A model generated the notes under the pieces. The model saw nothing but the letters and a program-made list of their open reading frames with translations. It was not told where the DNA came from and made no database searches. This document shows positions 20,303-28,813 of a stretch of DNA of 64,000 bases, piece by piece (within the stretch, counting starts at the first letter, position 1; every line of letters begins with the position of its first letter). Location of the stretch: contig JAJDCP010000113.1 in the NCBI GenBank assembly GCA_029260765.1, positions 3,164 to 67,163 of the forward strand, in the 5' to 3' direction. Source of the stretch: Planctomycetota bacterium. Its GTDB lineage: Bacteria; Planctomycetota; J058; JAJDCP01. Position numbers and translations under genes: made by a program.

Positions 20303-20998
20303 ATGCCGCGCCGTCTGTGTCTGGTGTTCTTGGGTCTGTTTGTTGGCTGCGCGGCGCCGAGTCATGACACGCTGTACCGGGCGGCTCTGGCAGATGCCTT
20401 CTTCGCGGAACCGCACGAGCTGGCCACGGACCTGTGGGCGATCCGCCCCGACAATCCGGCCTTGCGCTGGGACAACGGCAAGGTCCTGGTGGCGACCTGG
20501 ACGCAGTTCGGCGACAGCTACACCCAGGGTGCCTTGCTCGAGACCAGCTGGGGAGACACCTGGGTCACCGCGGTGCCCGAGTTGAAGCAGGAGATGGCGC
20601 GCCGCTGGGATGGCGAGGAGCCGCTGAGCTTGCGCCTCGAGCAACTGTTGGGGCTGCCGGAGAACAGCGGCAAGAGCTGGATCATCGAGGCCTGGGTCGA
20701 CCCGGCGGATCTGTTCCGCCCCAGCCCGGATCCGGAAATCGATGACAGCCAGACCCTACTCGCGTTCCGCGCTGACGTGGCGGCCGCGCACCGTTCGTGG
20801 TTCGAGGCGACCGTGATGGCGAACTACTTCCAGCCCCGCAAGTTTCCCTGGACGCGCATGGGCTACAGCTACGACTGGCATCCTCTCGCCCAGGGAGAGC
20901 CGGTGCCGGCCCGGGGACTCAGCGAGTTCGTCCTGCGCAAGGGGGCGAAGGTCAAGGTCGCTTCGAAAACGGACACAGAGAGTTATCTGGCGCGCTGA
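20303..20998 (+). CDS. Hypothetical lipoprotein
   Basis: Lipobox LGLFVGC in MPRRLCLVFLGLFVGCAAP. High GC3. No family recognised. Confidence 0.6.
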   Translation: MPRRLCLVFLGLFVGCAAPSHDTLYRAALADAFFAEPHELATDLWAIRPDNPALRWDNGKVLVATWTQFGDSYTQGALLETSWGDTWVTAVPELKQEMARRWDGEEPLSLRLEQLLGLPENSGKSWIIEAWVDPADLFRPSPDPEIDDSQTLLAFRADVAAAHRSWFEATVMANYFQPRKFPWTRMGYSYDWHPLAQGEPVPARGLSEFVLRKGAKVKVASKTDTESYLAR

Positions 20999-22315
20999 CT
21001 ACCACCAGCGTGCGGCCATCCGTCCGTCTCGACGCAGGCCGCCGCGGAACGTGGTCCAATCGGGTCCCAGCCCTTTGCCCAGACGTAGCAGAAACGCACG
21101 CCCGTAGTTCTCTGGCTGGGTTTCCCCCGAATGACCCCGGCCCGTCACGGCAAACAACTCGAGCTGTCCGTCGCCATCGAAGTCCGCGATCAAGGGCGCG
21201 CTATCGATGCTCTCATAGGGATCAGCCGCGGCGCGCCCCTCGTAGCTCCACAATTGCTGGCCCGTGGCGTCGAGGGCCAGCACCTGTGTGCCGGCGGCGA
21301 GCAGAACTTCCGGCAGCCCGTCGCCGCTGATATCCGCCAACACCGCCCCGCGGGTGCAGGTGCCGCCCAAAGGGCTGCGCCAGAGCTCGCGGCCGTCAGC
21401 GACGGCCAGCGCCACCATCTCCTGGGCGGCCACCAGCACCTCGTCGCGGCCGTCGCCGTCGAGGTCTCCTACGGTAGGGGGGGCGAACAGGTAGGCGTCG
21501 AGTTGCTGGCTCCATTGCACCGCGCCCTGCCGGTCCAGGCAGAGCACCTGGCCGGCGCAGGTCGCCACCAGCAGGCGGGTCGCGGCACCTCGTCCGGCCA
21601 GGGCGACCCCGTGGTACATGCCGACTTGATGCGAGCCGGGCTCGGTGGCCAGGCTCCAGAGCGTCGCCCCGGTTGCGCCGTCGAGAGCGTGCACCGCATG
21701 GTCACCGCGCCAGGAAGTCACCACCACGTCGAGCACTCCGTCGTCGTTCAGCTCGACCAGGCAGGGCTCAGACTGCACACAGCCCGGAATACTGCGGCTC
21801 CAGAGCAGCTCCTGGCTCGCGCTGTTCAGCACGCAGACCCGGCCTTCCCCGTCGCGGGTCCACATCGTGCCGATCACGATCTCGAGCACTCCGTCAGCGT
21901 CCAGGTCTGCGATGGCCGGAGGCGAGTCGGTGCCGCTCGGGAGTTGGAACGACCACAGCTGCTGGCCGGCTCCATCGAGGCAGAAGAGCTTGCCGGTCGC
22001 GGAGTCGGCGGCGAGGATCTCGGGCCGGGCGTCACCCTGCAGATCGCAGAGAGCCAGCGAAGCGTCAAAGGGCCCGCCATCGGAGGGGAATGTCCAGGCC
22101 AGGCTGCCATCTTCGGCGTTGAGGGCGTAGAGCTGCTCGTCGTTGAAATAGGTGCCGAAGACGATCTCCAGCTTTCCGTCCCCGTCGATGTCCGCGCAGC
22201 TGCCTGAGCCGTAGCAGGGGCTCTGCAGCTCGTGGATCCAGACCAGGCGCTCGGGTTCCTGTGCCGCCACCAAAGCGCTGAGCAGAAGTCCGGCGACGAT
22301 CTTGGGGAAGTGCAT
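20999..22315 (-). CDS. FG-GAP/VCBS-like repeat beta-propeller secreted protein
   Basis: Start at MHFPKIVAGLLLSALVAAQEP. Repeated motifs DIDGDGKLEIV, DLDADGVLEIV, ELNDDGVLDVV, DLDGDGRDEVL, DISGDGLPEVL, DFDGDGQLEL. Confidence 0.85.
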   Translation of the reverse strand: MHFPKIVAGLLLSALVAAQEPERLVWIHELQSPCYGSGSCADIDGDGKLEIVFGTYFNDEQLYALNAEDGSLAWTFPSDGGPFDASLALCDLQGDARPEILAADSATGKLFCLDGAGQQLWSFQLPSGTDSPPAIADLDADGVLEIVIGTMWTRDGEGRVCVLNSASQELLWSRSIPGCVQSEPCLVELNDDGVLDVVVTSWRGDHAVHALDGATGATLWSLATEPGSHQVGMYHGVALAGRGAATRLLVATCAGQVLCLDRQGAVQWSQQLDAYLFAPPTVGDLDGDGRDEVLVAAQEMVALAVADGRELWRSPLGGTCTRGAVLADISGDGLPEVLLAAGTQVLALDATGQQLWSYEGRAAADPYESIDSAPLIADFDGDGQLELFAVTGRGHSGETQPENYGRAFLLRLGKGLGPDWTTFRGGLRRDGRMAARWW

Positions 22316-22446
22316 CGTGTGTCCTCGAAACCAGGCGACTCTTTCTACTGTATCGATCCCTGGGCAGTCTTGGCCATTGTAGATCCGACGTGCACGCACT
22401 AGGCTTGGGCCTCATTGTCGTACAACCGGGTTTGGGAGAGACCGCT

Positions 22447-23148
22447 TTGGCCAAGAAACGCCCCTATTCCGCGTGGAAGAGGCCATGGGTCGCCGTTTTA
22501 TCGGCGCTCTTCGCGCTGCTTATCAAGATCCTGTGTCTGAGCTGCCGCGTCGTCCATGTCGAGGACCGCAATCGAGGGGTCGCCGCCAAACATGGGGGGC
22601 GAGCCGTCTACTGCACCTGGCACCAGCGCATGTTCTACCACTTCCATTGCTTTGGCCGTTTGCATGTGACGATGATGATCTCCCGCAGCCACGACGGGGA
22701 CTGGGCGGCCTCGATCGCCCATTGGCTCGGCTTCAAGAGCGTGCGCGGCTCGTCGAGGCGGAAAGGGAAGAGCAAGGGCGGCTCCGCCGCGATGCACCAA
22801 CTGATAAAGGTGATCAAGGAACGGGCCGATTCCGCGGGAATCATGGCGGATGGGCCGTTGGGTCCGCTGCGCAGCTTGAAGATGGGTGCGATCAAGATCG
22901 CTCGGGAGACGGGTGCGCCGTTGTTGCCCGAGATGTGGGGCTGCAACCGAGCCTGGGTGTTGCCCACCTGGGACGGGTACATGATTCCGAAGCCCTTCGC
23001 GCGCATCTGCCTGATCCATGGCGAGCCCATGTACGTGCCAAGCGACGCGTCGCCCGAGGAGATGGAGCGCATCCGAAAACGCATGGAAGCGCGCATGAAC
23101 GAGGCTGCCGAGCGCTGTGACGCGTACTTCAAGCGACCCCGGTGCTGA
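22447..23148 (+). CDS. DUF374 / lysophospholipid acyltransferase (LPLAT) superfamily protein
   Basis: YCTWHQRMF, ISRSHDGDW, RGSSRRKG, ADGPLGP and GAIKIARETGAPLLP match the DUF374 pattern. The start is uncertain (TTG 22447 with GGGAGA upstream, or GTG 22390). Confidence 0.65.
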   Translation: MAKKRPYSAWKRPWVAVLSALFALLIKILCLSCRVVHVEDRNRGVAAKHGGRAVYCTWHQRMFYHFHCFGRLHVTMMISRSHDGDWAASIAHWLGFKSVRGSSRRKGKSKGGSAAMHQLIKVIKERADSAGIMADGPLGPLRSLKMGAIKIARETGAPLLPEMWGCNRAWVLPTWDGYMIPKPFARICLIHGEPMYVPSDASPEEMERIRKRMEARMNEAAERCDAYFKRPRC

Positions 23149-23177
23149 AGACAGCTGATCTTTCATCGATAAAGCTG

Positions 23178-23205
23178 TTGAAATAAAATAAAGCAGATGT
23201 ATTGT
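23178..23205 (+). promoter_or_regulatory. Candidate sigma-70 promoter TTGAAA-N16-TATTGT in an AT-rich patch upstream of the GntR gene
   Basis: This is the only AT-rich stretch in the area. The predicted TSS would fall at or near ATG 23212, giving a leaderless or near-leaderless mRNA. Confidence 0.3.
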
Positions 23206-23225
23206 CGTGGTATGAGTAAACCACG
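23206..23225. promoter_or_regulatory. Perfect inverted repeat CGTGGT-N8-ACCACG overlapping the GntR start codon; candidate autoregulatory operator
   Basis: The IR was read directly from the sequence. The GT...AC half-site logic is typical of GntR-family operators. Confidence 0.35.
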
Positions 23226-23931
23226 CAAGTCCGACACCATCGCTAGTACACTGCTCGCCCGCATCGTCCGCGGCGAGCACGCTGTGGGCAGCGTGTTGCC
23301 CAACGAAGCCGAGCTGGGCGAAGAATTCGGTGCCAACCGCAGCGCGGTGCGCGAGGCGATCAAGCGTCTCGAGGTGCACGGGCTGGTCCAACCCATCCGT
23401 AAGAAGGGCACGCTGGTCTGCGATCCCGTCAACTCCCTCAGCGCTGAGGTGTTGCGGGCGATGGTCTGTCCCTCGCCCGGCGCCCTCGACAAGCAGATGC
23501 TGGCCAATTTGCTCGAGATTCGAGCCCTGATTGACATCGCGATGTGTGGTTTTGCGGCCGAGCGGCGCACGGACGCGCAGGCTGCTGAGCTCGAGAGACT
23601 GCTCTCGCAGGTCGAGGAAGCCGGCTACTCGCCTCGCGATTTCTCTGACACTATCGAGGCTATGGGGAGTGTGGTCGCCCGAGCCAGCCAGAACCGCGTC
23701 TTTGAGATGCTGCTGAGCTGGCACCGCTATATCTGCCGAGACTTCGAGGATCTGTTGATGTTGGCGCGCGTGCCCACTCCGGCCCGGCGGATGGGGGCGC
23801 GCATGTTGGTCGAGGCCATCCGCGAGCGCAATCCAGAGACGGCACGGCGCCTGATGTCCGAGCACCACAGGCTCGCCAACGCGGCGATCCTGGAGGCAGT
23901 CCGCAGCATGACAGGAGAGGAAAAACCGTGA
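23212..23931 (+). CDS. GntR family transcriptional regulator with FadR-type FCD C-terminal domain
   Basis: LPNEAELGEEFGANRSAVREAIKRLEVHGLV winged-HTH followed by a helical C-terminal domain. The alternative ATG at 23197 lies inside the putative promoter. Confidence 0.85.
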   Translation: MSKPRKSDTIASTLLARIVRGEHAVGSVLPNEAELGEEFGANRSAVREAIKRLEVHGLVQPIRKKGTLVCDPVNSLSAEVLRAMVCPSPGALDKQMLANLLEIRALIDIAMCGFAAERRTDAQAAELERLLSQVEEAGYSPRDFSDTIEAMGSVVARASQNRVFEMLLSWHRYICRDFEDLLMLARVPTPARRMGARMLVEAIRERNPETARRLMSEHHRLANAAILEAVRSMTGEEKP

Positions 23932-25655
23932 TCTTGAAGAAACCCCTCCCGCGCGTCGAGTTGGGCCCAGCATGGTACCAGCAGCATGCAGGGCTGCATG
24001 TGCTCAAGCTGCAGGGTAGCGCCTACCAGATGGGCTGGCAGCATGGCAGGTTGCTCCGCGAAGCCATCCCGAGCGGGCCTCTGCACAACTTCCGCACCTA
24101 CGTGCGTCGGCTGCTGCGTCGGCAAGGACTGGGCTGGTTGACGCCTCTGGCCTGGCAGGCGTTGCGCCTGCTGGTGGGGCGCCGGGTCCAAAGACGGCTG
24201 CCCGCTGAGGTGCGGGAGGCAGCACAGGGCCTGGCCGAGGGTGCTGACGTGCCTCTGATGCAAGTGCTCGACGCTGTCAGCATGCCTGATGTGCTGCTGT
24301 GGTTGGCCGCGCGCATGCAACGCAAGCTCGACCGGGCCACGGCGCATCGTCTCGCGCTCTCGCTGGGTTGCTCCAGTGCTCTGGCCTGGGGCTCCGCCAC
24401 CCACGACGGCCGCCTGCTGCACGCGCGCAACTTCGACTACCACGGCGTCGACTGCTGGGACCGTGAGTCGGCAGTGATCTTCTACGAGCCCGAAGAGGGC
24501 CAACGCTATGTGTCCGTCGCCAGCGCCGGAGTGTTTCTCGGTGGGGTCACGGCGATGAACAGCGCGGGCCTGACGCTGACGATGCACCAGCACATGTTCA
24601 GCGACGGCACGCGGCTCGGCGGCACGCCTGCAGGGGTCGTCGGCGACCAGGTGATGCGCCACGCGCGCACGCTCGACGAGGCGCAAGAGATCCTCGCGGC
24701 CCATCAACCGATCGGCTGCTTCAGCTATGTGATCGGCAGCGGCCACGAGCGTCAGGTGCTGTGCCACGAAGAGAATCCGGCCCGCAACGTCAGCCTGCGC
24801 TACGGAGCGGACCGTCCGGCCGAAGACACGGCGCCCGACACCTTCCGCTACACGAATATCTACATCGATGGAGCCCTGGGAGAGAGCGAGAAGGACCTGT
24901 ATCCCTCGTATTGGCGCCACAACCAGGCCCGCTGGCAGCGGCTCGGCGCGTTGCTCGAAGAGGCGCACGGAGAGTTGGACAGCCTCGGCATGGCCTCCAT
25001 GCTGGCCGACAACGACGAACAGAGCGGCTGCCGGGTGCGCGGTGCGCTGGCGATGCTGATGACCGTCGGCTCGGTGGTGATGCGCCCTGAAGATGGCGCC
25101 TTCTGGGTCGCGACCGGAGCCGCACCCGTGTCGCGCAACCGCTTCGAGCCCTTCTCGCTGCGTGCTGAAGGCGCCGCGCCTGAGCTGGGAGCTTTGGAGC
25201 CGGCGCGCGATCCCGCCTCCGACAGCGCTTTCGCGGCCTACAAGCGTGCCTACCTGGCCTGCTTTGAGCGCAACGATCCGCATCAGGCGCGCCAGGAGCT
25301 CGCGTCGGCCCTGGAACAGCGCCCCGACGAGCCTTGCTACCAGGGCACGGCGGGGCTGCTCGCGCTGATCTGCGACGACGCGGGCTCGGCCGAGGCGCCC
25401 TTGCGCAGGGCCGTCCAGCTGGGCCATCCCGATCTGGCGCGGGTCGCCAGCTTCCAACTCTGGCTGGGCTGGGCTCTGGACCTGCAGGGGCGGCGCGAGC
25501 AGGCATTGGAAGCCTACACCCGCGTGCTGGCGGACCCCACGGCCGATGCACGGGTCCACGCGGCGGCGCGGCGTGACAGCCGCCGCCCCTTCAACCGGCG
25601 CAGGGCGCGCGCCCTGAACATCGAATTCGCCTACGCCGACATCATCCAACCCTGA
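23928..25655 (+). CDS. C45 family Ntn-hydrolase (acyl-CoA:6-APA acyltransferase-like) with C-terminal TPR-like region
   Basis: GTG start overlaps the GntR stop (GTGA), with GGAGAGGA upstream. LSLGCSSALAWG..HARNFDY matches the C45 Gly-Cys autoprocessing site region. Confidence 0.7.
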   Translation: MILKKPLPRVELGPAWYQQHAGLHVLKLQGSAYQMGWQHGRLLREAIPSGPLHNFRTYVRRLLRRQGLGWLTPLAWQALRLLVGRRVQRRLPAEVREAAQGLAEGADVPLMQVLDAVSMPDVLLWLAARMQRKLDRATAHRLALSLGCSSALAWGSATHDGRLLHARNFDYHGVDCWDRESAVIFYEPEEGQRYVSVASAGVFLGGVTAMNSAGLTLTMHQHMFSDGTRLGGTPAGVVGDQVMRHARTLDEAQEILAAHQPIGCFSYVIGSGHERQVLCHEENPARNVSLRYGADRPAEDTAPDTFRYTNIYIDGALGESEKDLYPSYWRHNQARWQRLGALLEEAHGELDSLGMASMLADNDEQSGCRVRGALAMLMTVGSVVMRPEDGAFWVATGAAPVSRNRFEPFSLRAEGAAPELGALEPARDPASDSAFAAYKRAYLACFERNDPHQARQELASALEQRPDEPCYQGTAGLLALICDDAGSAEAPLRRAVQLGHPDLARVASFQLWLGWALDLQGRREQALEAYTRVLADPTADARVHAAARRDSRRPFNRRRARALNIEFAYADIIQP

Positions 25656-25674
25656 GACCCGACGGAGCTCCACC

Positions 25675-27129
25675 ATGCCCACAAGCAGCCCCATCGAAGC
25701 GCCCGCGCTGCCCGCACAGGGCCTGCCCGCGGCCGAGATTCTGGAGCGACTTGCCTCCTACCGTAGCCACGACCTCGCCTGTGACGAGCGCACCTGGGCC
25801 TATGTCTACGATGCCGGTCAGGAAGTGCGCGAGCTGGCCCGGCAGGCGAGCGCGATGTTCCTGTCCGAGAACGGGCTCGACCCCACTGCTTTTCCCAGCC
25901 TGCTGCGCTTCGAGAACGAGCTGGTGGCGTTGGGGGCCGCCCACCTCGGCGGCGATGCCGAGGTCGTGGGCAACTTCACCAGCGGGGGCACCGAGAGCAT
26001 TCTGCTGGCGGTCAAAGCGGCCCGCGACAGGGCGCGCTCTGAAATTACACAGCCGGAGATGGTGCTGCCGACGACGGCCCACGCCGCGTTCCACAAAGCG
26101 GCGCACTACTTCGGGCTCAAGACGGTCTCTGTCGACGTCGACGCATCCTTCCGGGCGGATCCCCCGGCCATGCGCGCAGCGATCAACGAGCGCACGGTGT
26201 TGCTGGTCGGCTCGGCGGCTTCCTATGCCCACGGTGTGGTCGATCCCATCGAGGAGTTGGCCGCCATCGCCGTCGAGCACGACCTCTGGCTGCACGTCGA
26301 CGCCTGCATCGGGGGCTTTCTGCTGCCCTACCTGGCTCGCCTGGGGCAGGAGGTTCCGGCGTTCGACTTCCGTCTGCCCGGAGTCTGTTCGATCTCGATG
26401 GATCTGCACAAGTATGCCTACACGCCCAAGGGCGCGTCGCTGATTCTGTACCGGAACAAAGAGCTGCGCCGGCACCAGTTCTTTGCCTGCGCGGACTGGA
26501 CCGGCTATGCCCTCGTCAACGCAACGGTCCAGAGCACCAAGTCCGCAGCCCCGCTCGCGGCTGCCTGGGCGGTCGTGCATCATCTCGGCGATGCGGGCTA
26601 TCTGCGCCTCGCGCGCAGCGTGCGCGACACCACCCGACAGATCCTCGCCGGTCTGGAGGAGCTCCCCGATCTGCGCGTGCTCGGCGCACCCGACATGAGC
26701 CTGATCGCCTTCGGCAGCGACAGCATCAACCTGTTCGCGCTCGTCGACGCCATGAAAGCGCGTGGCTGGCACCTGCAACCCCAGCTCGCCTTCCGCAACG
26801 CGCCCAGCAGCGTGCATCTGACCGTGACTGCCGCGCATGAGCGCTGCGTCCCCGCGCTCATCGCGGATCTGCGCGCCTCTGTGGAAGAAGCCAGAGAGCA
26901 GGTCGACAACCCCATGCTGGCGGGTCTCGCCGCAGCCGTGGCCGGCATCGATCCGGAGGGTCTGGAGCCGGAGGCTTTCTTGGAGTTGCTTGCGGCGGCG
27001 GGTCTGCAGGGAACCGCGCTTCCCGAACGGATGGCAGACGTCCACAGCATCCTCAATGCGCTGCCGAAACCGCTGGTCGAAGCCTTGCTGGTGGCGTACT
27101 TCAACGAGCTGTATGCCGGGGGGAATTGA
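25675..27129 (+). CDS. Group II PLP-dependent decarboxylase fold enzyme, sphingosine-1-phosphate-lyase-like
   Basis: GNFTSGGTESILLAVKAARD and SMDLHKYAYTPKGAS (PLP lysine motif). GGAG 7 nt upstream of the ATG. Confidence 0.85.
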   Translation: MPTSSPIEAPALPAQGLPAAEILERLASYRSHDLACDERTWAYVYDAGQEVRELARQASAMFLSENGLDPTAFPSLLRFENELVALGAAHLGGDAEVVGNFTSGGTESILLAVKAARDRARSEITQPEMVLPTTAHAAFHKAAHYFGLKTVSVDVDASFRADPPAMRAAINERTVLLVGSAASYAHGVVDPIEELAAIAVEHDLWLHVDACIGGFLLPYLARLGQEVPAFDFRLPGVCSISMDLHKYAYTPKGASLILYRNKELRRHQFFACADWTGYALVNATVQSTKSAAPLAAAWAVVHHLGDAGYLRLARSVRDTTRQILAGLEELPDLRVLGAPDMSLIAFGSDSINLFALVDAMKARGWHLQPQLAFRNAPSSVHLTVTAAHERCVPALIADLRASVEEAREQVDNPMLAGLAAAVAGIDPEGLEPEAFLELLAAAGLQGTALPERMADVHSILNALPKPLVEALLVAYFNELYAGGN

Positions 27130-27136
27130 CCCCTGC

Positions 27137-28216
27137 TCAGAAGAGCTGCACCTCGTCGTCGGCCGGCCCTGGCGTGTCTTGCGGCAGGCTGGTGTCTTCG
27201 GACACCCGGATCAGCAGCTTGCCGAAGTTCTTGCCCGCCAGCTGCCCACGCAAAGCCTCGGGGGCGTTCTTCAGGCCCTCGATGATGTGCTCGCGGGTCT
27301 TGAGATGACCGGCTTCGTACCAGGACTGCATGTCCTCGGCGAAGTCCGGGCTGCGGTCGAGATGATCGCTGACGATGAAGCCTCGCAGGCGGACCCGCTT
27401 CGTCAAGAGCGCAGCCATCAGCTTGGGGCTGAAATCGGGTCCCTCGGGCAGAGAGCGGGCGTTGTACCAGGCGATCAGACCACACAAGGGGATGCGTGCG
27501 AAGGGATTCAGCAGCCCGAGCACGGTGTACAAGATCTTGCCACCGACGTTCTCGAAGTAGATATCGACGCCATCGGGACAGGCGGATTGCAGGGCTTCGC
27601 GGAAGCCCCGCTGTTTGTAGCTCACACAGGCATCGAAACCCAGCTCCCGCACGGTGTAGTCGCACTTCTCCTGCGCTCCGGCGATGCCGACGACGCGGCA
27701 GCCTTTGAGGCGCGCGATCTGTCCGACCACCGAGCCGACCGCGCCCGAGGCTGCCGACACCACCACAGTCTCGCCCGGCTGTGGCTGGCCGAAGTCCAGA
27801 AGGCCCACGTAGGCCGTCAGGCCGGGCATTCCGAGCAGGCCCAGGGCGGTGCTGATCGGGGCGCGTTCGGGGTCGAGCTTGCGCAGGGTGCGGGGATCGC
27901 AGGCCTCATACTCCTGCCAGCCGTGCATGCCGAGCACATAATCACCCGCTTCAAACCCTTCAGCGCGTGCGGCGACGACCTGCGAAACCGTGCCCCCGAC
28001 CATCACCTCGCCGAGCGCGACCGCTGGCGCATACGAGGTGCCTTCGTTCATGCGCCCCCGCATGTACGGGTCGATGGAGAGATAGATGGTGCGGCACAGA
28101 ACCTGGCCACCCGCAAGCTCGGGAACGCGGGCGGTCTTGAACTCGAAATCACTCGTGCGCGGCTCGCCCCGTGGCCGAGCGGCGAGGACGATACGGGTGT
28201 TCCACGTGTCAGCCAT
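27137..28216 (-). CDS. NADP-dependent oxidoreductase, MDR superfamily (PTGR1/YncB/CurA-like enone reductase)
   Basis: AASGAVGSVVGQIARLKGCRVVGIAG nucleotide-binding motif. The ATG at 28216 has GAGGAG 8 nt upstream. Confidence 0.9.
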   Translation of the reverse strand: MADTWNTRIVLAARPRGEPRTSDFEFKTARVPELAGGQVLCRTIYLSIDPYMRGRMNEGTSYAPAVALGEVMVGGTVSQVVAARAEGFEAGDYVLGMHGWQEYEACDPRTLRKLDPERAPISTALGLLGMPGLTAYVGLLDFGQPQPGETVVVSAASGAVGSVVGQIARLKGCRVVGIAGAQEKCDYTVRELGFDACVSYKQRGFREALQSACPDGVDIYFENVGGKILYTVLGLLNPFARIPLCGLIAWYNARSLPEGPDFSPKLMAALLTKRVRLRGFIVSDHLDRSPDFAEDMQSWYEAGHLKTREHIIEGLKNAPEALRGQLAGKNFGKLLIRVSEDTSLPQDTPGPADDEVQLF

Positions 28217-28763
28217 GATGCACACTCCTCACTGGGTGGGGTCGGTCTTGCCATTCATCGCGCAACAAGGCGTACAGCGCCTCGTCGACCCACTTCTCAC
28301 CGATCCGGTAGTGTTGGCGCAGGCGCCCTTCCTGGCGGAAACCCAGGCGCTCTACCAGTCGGCGGGAGGCCACGTTTTCGACGTGGATCATAGCCTGCAG
28401 ACGCCGGAAGGGACCCTCGCGGAATCCTCTCTCGAGCAACTGCGCTACTGCCTGCGTACCCAGGCCCTGACCCGCAAACCGCTGCCCGATCTGGTAGCCG
28501 ATTTCGGCGTGCTCCATGCGGTAGTTGCAGCTGTTGATCGAGACGGTGCCCACGATCTGAGCGGCGTGCTGAACGAACCAGCGGTACTCCGAAGCAGGGG
28601 TGGAGCCGAATTCGCTGACACACGCCGCCAGGCGGATGGCCAGCCCAGGCGTGTCGACCTGGCTGAGAGGGTTGTGGCGCAAGGACGAAGGCTCATGCCG
28701 CCAGGTCTGCCAAAGAGCTGCGTATTTCGGGTCGCACGCCACGAGCTGAACGTCAGGAGTCAC
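28209..28763 (-). CDS. GNAT family N-acetyltransferase (RimJ/RimL-like)
   Basis: GYQIGQRFAGQGLGTQAV...VENVASRRLVERLGFRQEGRLR. Overlaps the downstream oxidoreductase start by 8 nt. Confidence 0.85.
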   Translation of the reverse strand: MTPDVQLVACDPKYAALWQTWRHEPSSLRHNPLSQVDTPGLAIRLAACVSEFGSTPASEYRWFVQHAAQIVGTVSINSCNYRMEHAEIGYQIGQRFAGQGLGTQAVAQLLERGFREGPFRRLQAMIHVENVASRRLVERLGFRQEGRLRQHYRIGEKWVDEALYALLRDEWQDRPHPVRSVHHG

Positions 28764-28813
28764 GGTGTCTTCCCTTGTTTGCAGAAACGGCTATCCCAGT
28801 GCCGCTGGGCCGC

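Noticed and set aside
18532-23148. Possibility that the kinase, FG-GAP, vWA and FHA genes form a known defence or secretion island (T6SS, eCIS, restriction or abortive-infection systems)
   Set aside because: I recognised no hallmark genes in the window: no sheath, tube or baseplate, no ATPase/nuclease pairs, and no methyltransferase, reverse transcriptase or Cas genes.
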